From Parcubacteria group bacterium (GTDB lineage: Bacteria; Patescibacteriota; Minisyncoccia; Phycocordibacterales; Phycocordibacteraceae), in assembly GCA_028286525.1 (NCBI GenBank), contig JAQBRL010000016.1:17924-81923 (forward strand): a stretch of 64,000 nt of DNA, in the 5' to 3' direction. Positions 48,113-57,928 of this stretch are shown in pieces. The notes under the pieces were generated by a model. It saw only the letters and a list, made by a program, of their open reading frames with translations, did no database searches and had not been told where the DNA came from. The first letter of the stretch is position 1. Each line of letters begins with the position of its first letter. The position numbers and the translations under genes were made by a program.

Positions 48113-48865
48113 ATGCGCAGCATCGCTTTCATCGCCCTGGCCGCTCTTTCCATGAGTTCGGTCACCCTGCTTCCCGGGCTCGCCCAGGCGCAGACCACCC
48201 TCGCTGACCTACAGCAGGGTTCAGGCCCGGTCGTCCGGGTGCCCTCCGGCAGCATCTCTCCGGACATGCTGAACTTTTCGGAGCACCCGACGAGCGCTCC
48301 GAATATGCCCGTGAACACCGCCCCGCGTTCGTTCTCGAACGAGCGCGGAACGGCGACGGAGCGGACCTACGGCGGCGGACACCCGGTCCCGTTCGGCGTC
48401 GTCAGGCCCCCAGCCATTCGTCGCGCTCGCGCGAACGAAAGCTGGGAATGCATGATCGTCTCCCGTACGGAGCAGATGGCCTGCATCTTCTACGAGAAAG
48501 GCACCGACACGCAGGTTGCCGGCGAGCACTACTACTACTACACGCTCGACGGAAGGCCCATCGTCGACGAAGTTCGTCGTCAGCAAGCCGCAGCTCCGAG
48601 CTGGCAGCAAGCCCAGGCACCGAATCCCAACCGGGACGGCATGCCGCGCGACGCCAAGTACTACCACGCAGTCGAACCGACGCAGTCGGGCGGCGTCGTG
48701 GAGTACGGCCACGACGCATCGCCCTCGCTGCTCCAGTGGTTCGGCCTCGGTCTGCTTGCGGCGGTCGCCGGCCACAACGACGGCTACTACGGACGAGGGT
48801 TCGAACCCCCGCCCTATGGTGGCTCCCGCGGTGGCTGCGACCGTATCACCGGCCGCTGCCCCTGA
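48113..48865 (+). CDS. secreted hypothetical protein
   Basis: signal peptide MRSIAFIALAALSMSSVTLLPGLAQAQ; strong promoter and RBS upstream; the overlapping minus and plus ORFs (48221..48871, 48448..49383) are judged shadows. Confidence 0.5.
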   Translation: MRSIAFIALAALSMSSVTLLPGLAQAQTTLADLQQGSGPVVRVPSGSISPDMLNFSEHPTSAPNMPVNTAPRSFSNERGTATERTYGGGHPVPFGVVRPPAIRRARANESWECMIVSRTEQMACIFYEKGTDTQVAGEHYYYYTLDGRPIVDEVRRQQAAAPSWQQAQAPNPNRDGMPRDAKYYHAVEPTQSGGVVEYGHDASPSLLQWFGLGLLAAVAGHNDGYYGRGFEPPPYGGSRGGCDRITGRCP

Positions 48866-48948
48866 ACTCACTCAAAAGACCCCTCGACCTCTCGAGCGCT
48901 CGCCCTCCCCGGCGAGCGCTCTTCTTTTATGAGAGGTACAATCAGGTC

Positions 48949-49383
48949 GTGGAAAAGCGAATCGAAAATCTAGAGGCGCTCGAACAGGAAGCGCGAAATT
49001 TCATACACGCGCTCGCTCCGGGTGAGAAAGCCACGCTCGTGACCCTTTCGGGAGAGCTGGGAGCAGGGAAGACCACCTTCACGCAGGCGCTTGCTCAGGC
49101 ACTCGGAGTCGCCGAAACGGTGACGAGTCCTACCTTCGTGCTCGAGAAGATATACGAACTTCCTGCGTCCGCACCGTTCCGCCGCTTGGTGCACATCGAT
49201 GCGTATCGCCTGAATGGAGGGCATGAACTCGCGTCGCTCGGTTTCTCGGAACTCATGAAAGATGTCGGCAACCTCATCGTGCTTGAATGGCCTGAGCGCG
49301 TTGCGAATATGCTTCCTCCCGCGACAGTCGCGATAACCCTTATCCCAGAAGCCGACGGCGCACGAACCATGACCTATGCCTAA
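48949..49383 (+). CDS. tsaE: tRNA threonylcarbamoyladenosine biosynthesis protein TsaE
   Basis: GELGAGKTTF Walker A, SPTFVL motif; GTG start inferred; lies in the frame of the long ORF 48448..49383. Confidence 0.65.
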   Translation: MEKRIENLEALEQEARNFIHALAPGEKATLVTLSGELGAGKTTFTQALAQALGVAETVTSPTFVLEKIYELPASAPFRRLVHIDAYRLNGGHELASLGFSELMKDVGNLIVLEWPERVANMLPPATVAITLIPEADGARTMTYA

Positions 49384-51775
49384 AAAAAAGACCGAAAAGA
49401 AGCGGCTTGTCATACTCGACTCCCACGCGATCATCCATCGGGCCTACCATGCCCTTCCGGATTTCTCGGGACCGGACGGCCAGCCTACAGGTGCGCTCTA
49501 TGGGCTCGCCTCGATGCTGCTGCGCATCTTCGGGGACCTCAAGCCCGACTACATAGCGGCCGCATACGATCTTGCGGGGCCCACCGTGCGTCATGAAGCG
49601 TACGCCGAATATAAAGGCACCCGCAGCAAGATCGATGACGCGCTCATCGCGCAGCTCACTACCTCCCGCGACGTGTTCGCGGCGTTTTCAGTACCTATAT
49701 ACGAGCGCGCGGGATTCGAAGCGGACGATGTGATCGGTACCATCGTTAAAATGCTCGAGAAGGACAAGGATATGGAACTGGTCATCGCTTCGGGCGATAT
49801 GGACACCATGCAACTCATCGATGGGAAAAAAGTGCAGGTGTACACGCTCAAGAAGGGACTGAACGACACCATTCTCTACGACGAGCAGGCAGTCATCGAC
49901 CGCTACGGCTTTGCTCCCGAGCTCATCCCTGACTACAAAGGCCTGCGCGGAGACCCTTCGGACAACATCAAAGGCGTGCCCGGTATAGGCGAAAAGACCG
50001 CGACCGAGCTCATCACCCATTTCGGTACGGTAGAGAATCTCTATAAAGTGCTTAAGAAAGATGAGCAGAAGGTGCTCGATGCCGGCATCAAGCCGCGCAT
50101 CGTGAATCTGCTCAAAGAGCATGAAGAGGATGCCTTGTTCTCCAAAGCCCTCGCGATGATACGCGACGATGCGCCGATCGCGTTCCAGGTCCCGAAGAAG
50201 GAGTGGCAGGAGGAAGTGAAGCTCGAGCGGATCACGAAGCTGTTCGACGATCTTGGATTCAGGTCATTGCGCGGTCGCGCGCAGTCGCTGCTCGGGAGCG
50301 GGACATCCGACGATGATGAGCCTTTCGAAGAGGCTGCCGAAGAAACCGTGCCGCAGGAGCGCCTTGAAGAAGCGAAAGTCATGCTGTGGCTGCTGTGCTC
50401 GGATTTCACCAATCCTGCGCAAGAGGATGTGCTCGGCTACACCGGCAAGGCGACCTTCGACGAAGCGTATGCGGACCTCGCGAAATCGATACACGAGACC
50501 GGACGGCTGCAGAGCGTGTACGACGAGATAGAGCGACCGCTTATCCCGATCATCGAGGCGATGAAGCAGCACGGGGTGCTCATCGATAGGAAAGCGCTCG
50601 CGAAATTGTCGAAGGAGTACCACGCCGATCTAACTGCGATAGAGAAACGCATCTACAAGATCGTCGGGCATGAATTCAATATCGCGTCCCCCAAACAGCT
50701 CGGCGACGTGCTCTTCGACGAGCTCATGCTCGCGACCCCGGGCGCAAAATCCCAGAAGAAGACCGCGACCGGACAGCGCTCGACGAAAGAATCCGAACTC
50801 GAGAAGCTCCGCGAGGTGCACCCCATCATCGATGACATTCTCGAATATCGCGGACTCGCGAAGCTTCTCGGGACGTATATCGACAATCTTCCGGAACTGC
50901 TCGATGAGAAGGATCGGCTGCACGCGCAATTCTTGCAGTACGGGGCCGTGACCGGCCGCATGGCGAGCGTGAATCCAGGTCTCCAGAACATCCCGATACG
51001 CACCGAACGCGGTCGCGCCATCAGGAACGCGTTCATTGCGCCTCCCGGCTACACCTTGCTTGCGCTCGATTACTCGCAGATAGAGCTGCGGCTTGCCGCC
51101 ATCCTCTCGAAGGATAAGAAGCTCATCGATATCTTCGCGTCCGGTCGCGATGTGCACCGCGAGGTCGCCGCGGCCGTTTTCGGGGTAGCTCCCGAAAACG
51201 TGGATCCCGAGATGCGCAGGCGCGCGAAGATAATCAATTTCGGGATCCTCTACGGCATGGGCGCGAATGCCCTCAAGGCGCAGCTCGGCACCTCGATGGG
51301 CGAAGCGCATCAATTCCAAGAGGACTATTTCGCTACCTTCGATACGCTTGCGAAGTATCTCGAATCGACCCGTGGCTTTGCCCGCAAGAACGGCTTCACC
51401 GAAACGCTGTTCGGCAGACGTCGGCAATTCCCGGAGATGAAATCCCCGTTGCCGTACGTGCGTGCGCAGGCCGAACGCATGGCCATCAACGCCCCGATAC
51501 AAGGAACCCAAGCCGATATCATCAAGCTCGCGATGGTCGCGATCGACGAGATGCTCGTGCAAGAAGGCGTGCGTCATCAGGCCCATCTGCTGCTGCAGGT
51601 GCACGACGAACTCGTCTACGAGATCCAGGAGGACAAGCTCGCAGAGCTTTGCAAGAAGATAAAGCGCATCATGGAAACGGTCTTGCCTGAAAGCGAGACG
51701 CATGGCGTACCCATCATTGCCGAGACGAAGGCTGGAAAGGATTGGGGGAGTGCACAACCCTTCCTCGCGGAGTAG
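49376..51775 (+). CDS. polA: DNA polymerase I (5'-3' exonuclease + polymerase domains)
   Basis: 799 aa; FEN-like N-domain (LVILDSHAIIHRAYHAL), pol A motifs DYSQIELR, KIINFGILYG, QVHDELV. Confidence 0.9.
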   Translation: MPKKKTEKKRLVILDSHAIIHRAYHALPDFSGPDGQPTGALYGLASMLLRIFGDLKPDYIAAAYDLAGPTVRHEAYAEYKGTRSKIDDALIAQLTTSRDVFAAFSVPIYERAGFEADDVIGTIVKMLEKDKDMELVIASGDMDTMQLIDGKKVQVYTLKKGLNDTILYDEQAVIDRYGFAPELIPDYKGLRGDPSDNIKGVPGIGEKTATELITHFGTVENLYKVLKKDEQKVLDAGIKPRIVNLLKEHEEDALFSKALAMIRDDAPIAFQVPKKEWQEEVKLERITKLFDDLGFRSLRGRAQSLLGSGTSDDDEPFEEAAEETVPQERLEEAKVMLWLLCSDFTNPAQEDVLGYTGKATFDEAYADLAKSIHETGRLQSVYDEIERPLIPIIEAMKQHGVLIDRKALAKLSKEYHADLTAIEKRIYKIVGHEFNIASPKQLGDVLFDELMLATPGAKSQKKTATGQRSTKESELEKLREVHPIIDDILEYRGLAKLLGTYIDNLPELLDEKDRLHAQFLQYGAVTGRMASVNPGLQNIPIRTERGRAIRNAFIAPPGYTLLALDYSQIELRLAAILSKDKKLIDIFASGRDVHREVAAAVFGVAPENVDPEMRRRAKIINFGILYGMGANALKAQLGTSMGEAHQFQEDYFATFDTLAKYLESTRGFARKNGFTETLFGRRRQFPEMKSPLPYVRAQAERMAINAPIQGTQADIIKLAMVAIDEMLVQEGVRHQAHLLLQVHDELVYEIQEDKLAELCKKIKRIMETVLPESETHGVPIIAETKAGKDWGSAQPFLAE

Positions 51776-51823
51776 AGGGCAGCGCTATACTGAGGAAGGC
51801 GCTCGCAAGTTGGGGAATGCATC

Positions 51824-51979
51824 ATGGCCTACGTTGAAGACGTCTGCCCTCCGGTGGAGGCCGAAGATATTCCGGACTCGAAACGACTACCCGTCGCGTT
51901 CGGAATCGCTATCGCCGCTTTCGCCGGGCTGTCCTTCTGGACAGCAGTCGCCGCAGGAATACACGCGATCCTCGCCTAA
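51824..51979 (+). CDS. candidate small membrane protein (51 aa)
   Basis: hand-translated MAYVEDVCPPVEAEDIPDSKRLPVAFGIAIAAFAGLSFWTAVAAGIHAILA; one TM; weak. Confidence 0.25.
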   Translation: MAYVEDVCPPVEAEDIPDSKRLPVAFGIAIAAFAGLSFWTAVAAGIHAILA

Positions 51980-52052
51980 AGACCTTTCACGGTTCGGAAG
52001 AACGGGCGCCTCTCCCTGAGGTCGCCTGTTTCTTTTGCTATACAATACGTCC

Positions 52053-52703
52053 ATGATCTATCTCTTTACGGGATCCGATACCGAAAAGGTCCGGGCAAAA
52101 GCTTTCGCCTGGGTTGCTGCGGCTCGCGCAAAAGCGCCCGAGGCTCCCTACATCCGTTTGAATGCGGACACGATAACTCCGGACGCGCTTTCGGAAGTCA
52201 TCCAATCGCAAGGACTTTTCTTCTCGAAGATGCTCGTGCTCCTCGATGACCCGTTCGCGCTTGCAGAGGTGGGCGAATCGGTGCTCGACGCGCTCCCGCA
52301 GCTCCGAGAATCTCAGAACCCCATCGCCATCGTGGCGCCGAAGCTCCTTGCGGCGCGCGCGAAGAAGCTGGAAGCGGTCGCGGAGAAAGTCTTCAAGATA
52401 GATGCGTCCGAAAAGAAACCGGCACACGGCTTCAACAGTGCTCTTGTGAACGCGCTCGCCGCGCGCGATAGGCACGGATTATGGAAAGAGCTTATGCGAG
52501 CGCAGCGGCAGGGCGACGTTCCCGAAATGCTGCATGGCTTGCTGCACTGGAAAGCGCGCGACCTTATGAGCAAAGGGGGAAGGGGATGGAGCGCAGAGGA
52601 AGCACGGGCGCTTTCCCGCTCGCTCATTGAACTCCTTTCGGACTCGCGCAGCGGTGACTTGCCGCTTTCGCTCCAGCTCGAGCGTTTCGCTCTTTCGATA
52701 TAG
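52053..52703 (+). CDS. holA: DNA polymerase III delta subunit-like
   Basis: MIYLFTGSD start typical of HolA; short (216 aa); small hairpin GAAGCGGGCTCGCTTC + T-run follows the stop. Confidence 0.6.
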   Translation: MIYLFTGSDTEKVRAKAFAWVAAARAKAPEAPYIRLNADTITPDALSEVIQSQGLFFSKMLVLLDDPFALAEVGESVLDALPQLRESQNPIAIVAPKLLAARAKKLEAVAEKVFKIDASEKKPAHGFNSALVNALAARDRHGLWKELMRAQRQGDVPEMLHGLLHWKARDLMSKGGRGWSAEEARALSRSLIELLSDSRSGDLPLSLQLERFALSI

Positions 52704-52869
52704 AAGCGGGCTCGCTTCTTTGTGGTCACGAGTCACTAAGCGTTTTGCTCCAGGTATTCGCAAACCGCTAAGTGCTCTCGACCTCGCCTCGCGGTTTTCG
52801 ACGACGAAAACATCGCTGCGGCTCGCACACGCCGAAAGCCTGACGCAGGTCAGGCTTTCTTGTCGCGTG

Positions 52870-52942
52870 TGCGCCCACCAGGGCTCGAACCTGGGACCGT
52901 CTCCTTAAAAGGGAGCTGCTCTACCGACTGAGCTATGGGCGC
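52870..52942 (-). tRNA. tRNA-Lys (anticodon TTT)
   Basis: cloverleaf folded by hand: acceptor GCGCCCA/TGGGCGC, D-arm GCTC/GAGC, anticodon loop CTTTTAA, T-arm CCAGG-TTCGAGC-CCTGG. Confidence 0.8.
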
Positions 52943-52991
52943 ATTTCCTTATTTATGACTCACTCAAACTAGCACTTACTGTCTCGGTTTT

Positions 52992-53624
52992 CTAGTACGC
53001 GAACGAATCGACGACTTTGCCGTTCGCGTCGGTGAGGGTTATCGTCTCGCCCGAGGGAGCGTACATTTCAAGATTACGATTCAGGAATATGCAGGACGCG
53101 CCTCCGGTGCAGACGCCCGTGCTCAAGAGTTGGCCTGCTTCCGCCCGCCCGCTGACGATCGTGATATTTTGCCCCGCACCGAGCACGGTATTGGCGATGG
53201 TAACCGCGTCTCCGGTCGCTTTGCTTGCGAGCCGCCAGCCACTGAGAGTTACGGTCGTCGTGCCGCTATTGTCGATCGTTACGTATTCTTGATTGGGGTT
53301 TCCGGATATCACTCCTACCGTCGAACGCTCGAGGTACACGCGATCGGCATACGGCGAGCCTGCTTGCGGTACGGTGCGCATATAGAAGTCTTTACCGCTC
53401 GAAATGGTGGTACCCCCTCCTGCGATTTGCTTGGGATAGGAAGAGGTGTCGATGGGATTCGCTGGAATGATAGTGCGGTACCCCTGGGACTCTTCCCCAG
53501 GGCGGGTGACCGGCGTGATGAAGAGACCCGCCTGGGATATGGGTCGCGAAGGGCCGCCGGTCGCTACCCACGCGGCGAATATGAATACGATGCACATGAT
53601 GACGAAGAGGCCGTCGGTTTGCAT
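52992..53624 (-). CDS. secreted lamin-tail-domain (LTD) protein
   Basis: N-terminal TM/signal; EYVTIDNSGTTTVTLSGWRL matches LTD core pattern. Confidence 0.6.
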   Translation of the reverse strand: MQTDGLFVIMCIVFIFAAWVATGGPSRPISQAGLFITPVTRPGEESQGYRTIIPANPIDTSSYPKQIAGGGTTISSGKDFYMRTVPQAGSPYADRVYLERSTVGVISGNPNQEYVTIDNSGTTTVTLSGWRLASKATGDAVTIANTVLGAGQNITIVSGRAEAGQLLSTGVCTGGASCIFLNRNLEMYAPSGETITLTDANGKVVDSFAY

Positions 53625-53640
53625 ACCGTAATGATAGCAA

Positions 53641-54900
53641 TTAATGCCGGAGACGTTCGAGCTCTTCGCGCACTACCTCCGAGTCGCTCCATATCTCTTT
53701 TTTTCCGTGCGCTCGCATGATGTACGGATCGGTACCCTTGCCGGACACCAGCACGACGTCGCCTTTCGAAGCCTTTTTGAGTGCTGCGGCGATGGCAGCT
53801 CGTCTGTCCATGATAATAGTAGGGGCACGTTTCATGCCGGCAGCCATCGCCGCGACGATCGTTCGCGGGTCTTCATCGTATGGGTCCTCGTCCGTAAGGA
53901 TGACCTCGGTGCAGTACTGGTCGGAGATGCGGCCCATCTCCGGGCGCTTCCAGGTATCGCGCCCGCCCCCGGTATTCCCAAGCACGCATATCTTAGGGCG
54001 GTCGCCGTACGCTTTATAGAGCGCTTCGAGCGAGTCGGGGGTATGCGCGTAGTCCACGACCGCAAGGAAATCCTGGCCAGCGACGATGCGCTCGGCGCGT
54101 CCAGCGATGCGTGAGAGTGAAGCAAGCGCGGCAGCGGCGTCCTTGAGAGCAACGCCGAAGAACGATGCGGTTTTTATGGCGGCGAGCGCGTTCAAGGCGC
54201 TGAAGGCGCCGGGATGGGGAAGCGTGAATCCCGTTCCTTCATAGGTAAATGCGATACCGGTATCGGTAGGGATCAGATCGGCGGCGTCGGCGAGGGCGAA
54301 CGGAATCGAGCGCTCGACTGCAAGCGCAAGGAAGCGTGCGCCATACGTACTGTCGGCGTTCGCGATGATGGCACGCGGACGTTTGGGCGACCGCACGAGG
54401 GCACGTCCGATGCGGTACTTCGCTTGGAAATACTGCTCCATGCCACCATGGCTCTCGAGATGCTCTTTCTCGAGATTCGTGAAGACGAGCGCATCGAGAT
54501 CGAGGAAGAGGTGACGGTACTGCAAGGCCGCTTCGCTGGTTATCTCGATGACCGCATGCGTTGCTCCCTTGCCGACGGCCTCATGCAGGAATTTTTGTAT
54601 GAATCCGCGTCCCGGCAGGGTCATCTTGTACCTGTTCGGACGCGACTCCGTTCCTATAGTGAAATGGATGGTGCTCGATACCGCGACCGTGTGTCCCGCG
54701 TGCGTGAGAATGGCTGCAACCATTTCGGTCACGGAGGATTTTCCTTTCGTGCCGGTCACTCCTATGACCGTGAGCTTTCGAGCTGGAAATCCATACCGAG
54801 CGGCAGCGAACATCGTCCAGAGCAGATGATACGGCGCAAGCAGCGCGCGATACAGGCGGCGGGGAAGGAGCGATTGTATGAATGCCTTGAGCGCGCTCAT
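53641..54900 (-). CDS. Mur ligase family protein (MurE/MurT-like)
   Basis: 419 aa; P-loop VIGVTGTKGKSSVTEM, Mur ligase central domain pattern. Confidence 0.7.
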   Translation of the reverse strand: MSALKAFIQSLLPRRLYRALLAPYHLLWTMFAAARYGFPARKLTVIGVTGTKGKSSVTEMVAAILTHAGHTVAVSSTIHFTIGTESRPNRYKMTLPGRGFIQKFLHEAVGKGATHAVIEITSEAALQYRHLFLDLDALVFTNLEKEHLESHGGMEQYFQAKYRIGRALVRSPKRPRAIIANADSTYGARFLALAVERSIPFALADAADLIPTDTGIAFTYEGTGFTLPHPGAFSALNALAAIKTASFFGVALKDAAAALASLSRIAGRAERIVAGQDFLAVVDYAHTPDSLEALYKAYGDRPKICVLGNTGGGRDTWKRPEMGRISDQYCTEVILTDEDPYDEDPRTIVAAMAAGMKRAPTIIMDRRAAIAAALKKASKGDVVLVSGKGTDPYIMRAHGKKEIWSDSEVVREELERLRH

Positions 54901-54901
54901 G

Positions 54902-55471
54902 CTAGCGAGAGGCGCTGGTGAGCGCCGCCTTCAGTCGGGCGTCCTTGCCGGCGACATCCTTCGGGATGTTCGCGACGCAGGCGCGCGCCTCGCGCTCGGT
55001 GTAGCCGAGCGCGACCAGCGTATCGAATACTTCCGCATCGCCCTCGTCATGCGTTCCTGTGATTCCTATTTTTTCCGATAGTTCCACGAGTATCTTCTCG
55101 GCGGCTTTCTTGCCGAGTCCGGCAACGCGCGTGAGATAGTCGAGGTCGCGCTTTCCTATGGCTCCGCGCAACGCCTCGCGCGGCGCTTTGCGCAGGATGG
55201 CGAGAGCGGTCTTGGGGCCCACGCCCGGTACCCCGAGCAGCATCTCGAAGAAGCGCATATCGTCGGTGGTGGTGAAGCCATAGAGCTCGAGTCCGTCCTG
55301 CTTCACGGCAAGATAGGTATGCAGCATGCCTTCCTCACCCTCGATGAGGCCTTCTGGAGACGCCATGCAGACGAATATCCCGAAGCCAGCGACCTCGATA
55401 ACGGCGCCCAGCGGGCTCGTTTCCAGCACCCTTCCGCGTACCTGCCGGATCATATAGAGGTATCGTAGCAT
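54902..55471 (-). CDS. ruvA: Holliday junction DNA helicase RuvA
   Basis: 189 aa; OB-fold N-domain, two HhH motifs (LLGVPGVGPKTALAIL). Confidence 0.85.
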   Translation of the reverse strand: MLRYLYMIRQVRGRVLETSPLGAVIEVAGFGIFVCMASPEGLIEGEEGMLHTYLAVKQDGLELYGFTTTDDMRFFEMLLGVPGVGPKTALAILRKAPREALRGAIGKRDLDYLTRVAGLGKKAAEKILVELSEKIGITGTHDEGDAEVFDTLVALGYTEREARACVANIPKDVAGKDARLKAALTSASR

Positions 55472-55495
55472 TTCGGACGCAAAACGGCGGCCTAC

Positions 55496-55524
55496 CTTGC
55501 GGAATCGTGAGCGTTCGCGTACTA
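55496..55524 (+). promoter_or_regulatory. putative promoter TTGCGG-17-TACTAT for rpsT, near-leaderless
   Basis: -10 ends 10 nt before rpsT ATG (55535). Confidence 0.35.
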
Positions 55525-55534
55525 TGCCCGAACA

Positions 55535-55804
55535 ATGGCAATCACGAAATCAGCGAAGAAAGCCCACCGCGCAAGCTTGAAAAAGCACGTGTTCAACGTT
55601 CGTCGCAAGCGGGCGCTTACCGAAACCACCAAGACGGTGAAGAAGCTTATCGTGACCGATACCAAGGCCGCCACGCAGGCACTTAGTGCGGCCTACCAGG
55701 CTATCGACAAGGCGGCCAAGCGCGGCGTCATCAAGAAGAACACCGCAAGCCGCAAGAAATCGCGCCTCGCGCTCGCGATAAAGCGCGCAGAAGCAGTCAA
55801 GTAA
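55535..55804 (+). CDS. rpsT: 30S ribosomal protein S20
   Basis: 89 aa Lys/Ala/Arg-rich, MAITKSAKKAHRASLKKHVFNVRRK. Confidence 0.9.
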   Translation: MAITKSAKKAHRASLKKHVFNVRRKRALTETTKTVKKLIVTDTKAATQALSAAYQAIDKAAKRGVIKKNTASRKKSRLALAIKRAEAVK

Positions 55805-55828
55805 AAACCGCCCGAGAGGGCGGTTTTT
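55805..55828 (+). terminator. rho-independent terminator ACCGCCC-GAGA-GGGCGGT + TTTT
   Basis: directly after rpsT stop. Confidence 0.6.
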
Positions 55829-55836
55829 ACTTTCTG

Positions 55837-55908
55837 TGCTCCCAGCAGGAATCGAACCTGCATCTGCTCCTTCGGAGGGAGCTGTCCTATCCATTGAACG
55901 ACGGGAGC
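55837..55908 (-). tRNA. tRNA-Arg (anticodon CCG)
   Basis: hand fold: acceptor GCTCCCG/CGGGAGC, anticodon stem GCTCC/GGAGC, loop CTCCGAA. Confidence 0.8.
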
Positions 55909-56027
55909 GTGAACCCCACTCTACCAAATTTGCCTGTGGTCACCCATAAATCCCGGCTGGGATTTTGGTCGACCTCGCGACTGCGCACCGTCGCGCTTCC
56001 GTCTAGCGCAATCTGCCCCGCATAGTG

Positions 56028-56099
56028 TGCTCCCGGTTGGAATCGAACCAACATTACAACCTCCGCAAGGTTGCGTCCTATCCATTGAACGACGGGAGC
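56028..56099 (-). tRNA. tRNA-Arg (anticodon GCG as read; ACG expected in most bacteria)
   Basis: same acceptor/D-arm as neighbouring Arg tRNA; anticodon stem CAACC/GGTTG, loop TTGCGGA. Confidence 0.7.
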
Positions 56100-56140
56100 G
56101 AACGCTGATGACTGTACCTTCCAAACCGCCTATTCGCAAG

Positions 56141-56650
56141 CTAAAAGCGAAGCATCGTGATGAGGTGATCGAAGACGGACTGGTCGTGACGGCCTTCCGG
56201 GACCTGGGGGAGGAAGAATTCGTATATCTCGACGGGGTCGTGGCCAACGATAGGAATGAGGAGGTGCGGAGCGAGCAAATGCTTCGTCTTTATGGAAAGG
56301 GAGGGAGGCATGGTCTCGTCCGCATACTCGAGGACGGAGAAGGTAAGCATGTCTTCGTAGGGGTAGAGATTCTTATCAATAACGACGCCGTGGTCGGTGA
56401 TAGCGAAATAATGCACGCGTGGCCGCTTGGCCGCTTCAAGGGCGAGCGCGCCTGCGCCCGCAGCGACCACGAGCGCAAGGATTAGATTGCTGAAGAGGAT
56501 GCACGCGATCACGGCTGCGATGGCGATGATACCGAGTGCCCAATACCAATCACTCCCTTTCTCTTCGAAAGCGTAGTTGTGTCCTTCCCACTCGAATATC
56601 GCGCCGCGTGGCATACGTATAAATATGATAGCACCGCTTTCGGGCTTCAT
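56141..56650 (-). CDS. membrane hypothetical protein (bPH/YcxB-like)
   Basis: 169 aa; one TM pair WYWALGIIAIAAVIACILFSNLILALVVAAGAGALA. Confidence 0.45.
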   Translation of the reverse strand: MKPESGAIIFIRMPRGAIFEWEGHNYAFEEKGSDWYWALGIIAIAAVIACILFSNLILALVVAAGAGALALEAAKRPRVHYFAITDHGVVIDKNLYPYEDMLTFSVLEYADETMPPSLSIKTKHLLAPHLLIPIVGHDPVEIYEFFLPQVPEGRHDQSVFDHLITMLRF

Positions 56651-56685
56651 GGTGCGTCTATGAACGGAAGGTATACTGCCGAGTA

Positions 56686-57801
56686 ATGAAGCGCGCGCTC
56701 TTCACTCTTGCCGCTATCGCTACGCTCGCATCGCCGCTTGCGGTCTATGCGCAAGACGCAACGCAAACACCGCCGCTCGAGCAGGAGTACCTCGAGAAAG
56801 CACGAGTGCTCGATGCCTCCATCTCGAGGCCCCAGCCCATCGGAGGCACGAGCGTGACCAGCAAGATCCAGGATATCCAGATACAGGTTCTCGACGGCGT
56901 GGATACAGGTCGGCGCGTGTCCTTTTCGAACGATTATACCCAAGTGCATGCAGGAGAAATCATCTATGTGCGCCATACCGCGGGAGGGTTCGGGGTGGAG
57001 ACCTGGGCGGTTGCGGACCCGTACCGCCTGGACGTACTGCTCGGGCTGTTCGGCGTCTTCTTGGTGCTCCTCATCCTGTTCGGCGGCCTTCAAGGCATAC
57101 GCGGGCTCATGAGTTTGGGGGGATCGCTCGTGCTTATTTTCTCGCTCCTATTGCCGGGCATCTACGCAGGCCACTCCGCGATACTCGTGGCCATCGGGGT
57201 TTCCTCGCTCATCATCATCGTCGGCTCCTATATCACCCACGGGTTCAATCGCACGACGACTGCCGCGGTATTCGCCATGGTCGTTACGGTCATCATTACC
57301 GGACTCGGTGCCTACTATGTCGTGCATGCAGCGCAGCTTTCCGGGTTCACGAGCGAAGAGAACGTCTACCTTAATTTCAACACGGGAGGAAAATTGGACA
57401 TGATAGGGCTGCTGTTCGGCGGCATCATGATCGGTCTGTTGGGGGTTCTCTACGACATCGCCATCGGGCAGGCGATCGCGGTAGAGGAACTGCTGCGGGC
57501 CGGCACGGAGATGACGAAACGTCAGGTGTACCGGCGAGCGCTCCGCATCGGGCGCGAGCATATCGGTGCGCTCATCAACACGCTCGCTATCGCATACGTG
57601 GGTACGGCGCTTCCGCTCCTCCTTTTATTCCATGACTCGACCGCGAGCATACCGTACATGCTCAATAGCGAACTGTTCGCGACGGAGATCGTTCGCGTCC
57701 TCATCGGCTCCATCGGCCTCATCCTTGCGGTCCCTATTACGACCGCGATCGCCACCTACTTCATACGACCGGACGGACGCGCTACGGGGCACGCGCATTA
57801 G
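56686..57801 (+). CDS. YibE/F-like polytopic membrane protein
   Basis: 371 aa; signal peptide then ectodomain then about 8 TM helices; family call from architecture. Confidence 0.5.
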   Translation: MKRALFTLAAIATLASPLAVYAQDATQTPPLEQEYLEKARVLDASISRPQPIGGTSVTSKIQDIQIQVLDGVDTGRRVSFSNDYTQVHAGEIIYVRHTAGGFGVETWAVADPYRLDVLLGLFGVFLVLLILFGGLQGIRGLMSLGGSLVLIFSLLLPGIYAGHSAILVAIGVSSLIIIVGSYITHGFNRTTTAAVFAMVVTVIITGLGAYYVVHAAQLSGFTSEENVYLNFNTGGKLDMIGLLFGGIMIGLLGVLYDIAIGQAIAVEELLRAGTEMTKRQVYRRALRIGREHIGALINTLAIAYVGTALPLLLLFHDSTASIPYMLNSELFATEIVRVLIGSIGLILAVPITTAIATYFIRPDGRATGHAH

Positions 57802-57928
57802 CTCGCTTGCAAATTCGCAGCGCAGGTCTATCGTAGTACTGACGCAGCGGCCCGCGCGCTTTTCTCCCACCCGTGCACCTCTCTTGAACTATTGAAACTC
57901 TGAAACCTTATTCCGTTAATCAATTCGT

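Noticed and set aside
48221-49383. Long overlapping ORFs 48221..48871 (-) and 48448..49383 (+)
   Set aside because: These are Arg/Pro-rich shadow frames over the secreted-protein gene. Only the C-terminal about 145 aa of the plus ORF (TsaE motifs) looks genuine.
55905-56027. Possible third tRNA between the two tRNA-Arg genes
   Set aside because: Only a short AAATCCC-GGCT-GGGATTT hairpin was found. No acceptor, D, anticodon or T arm arrangement could be folded.
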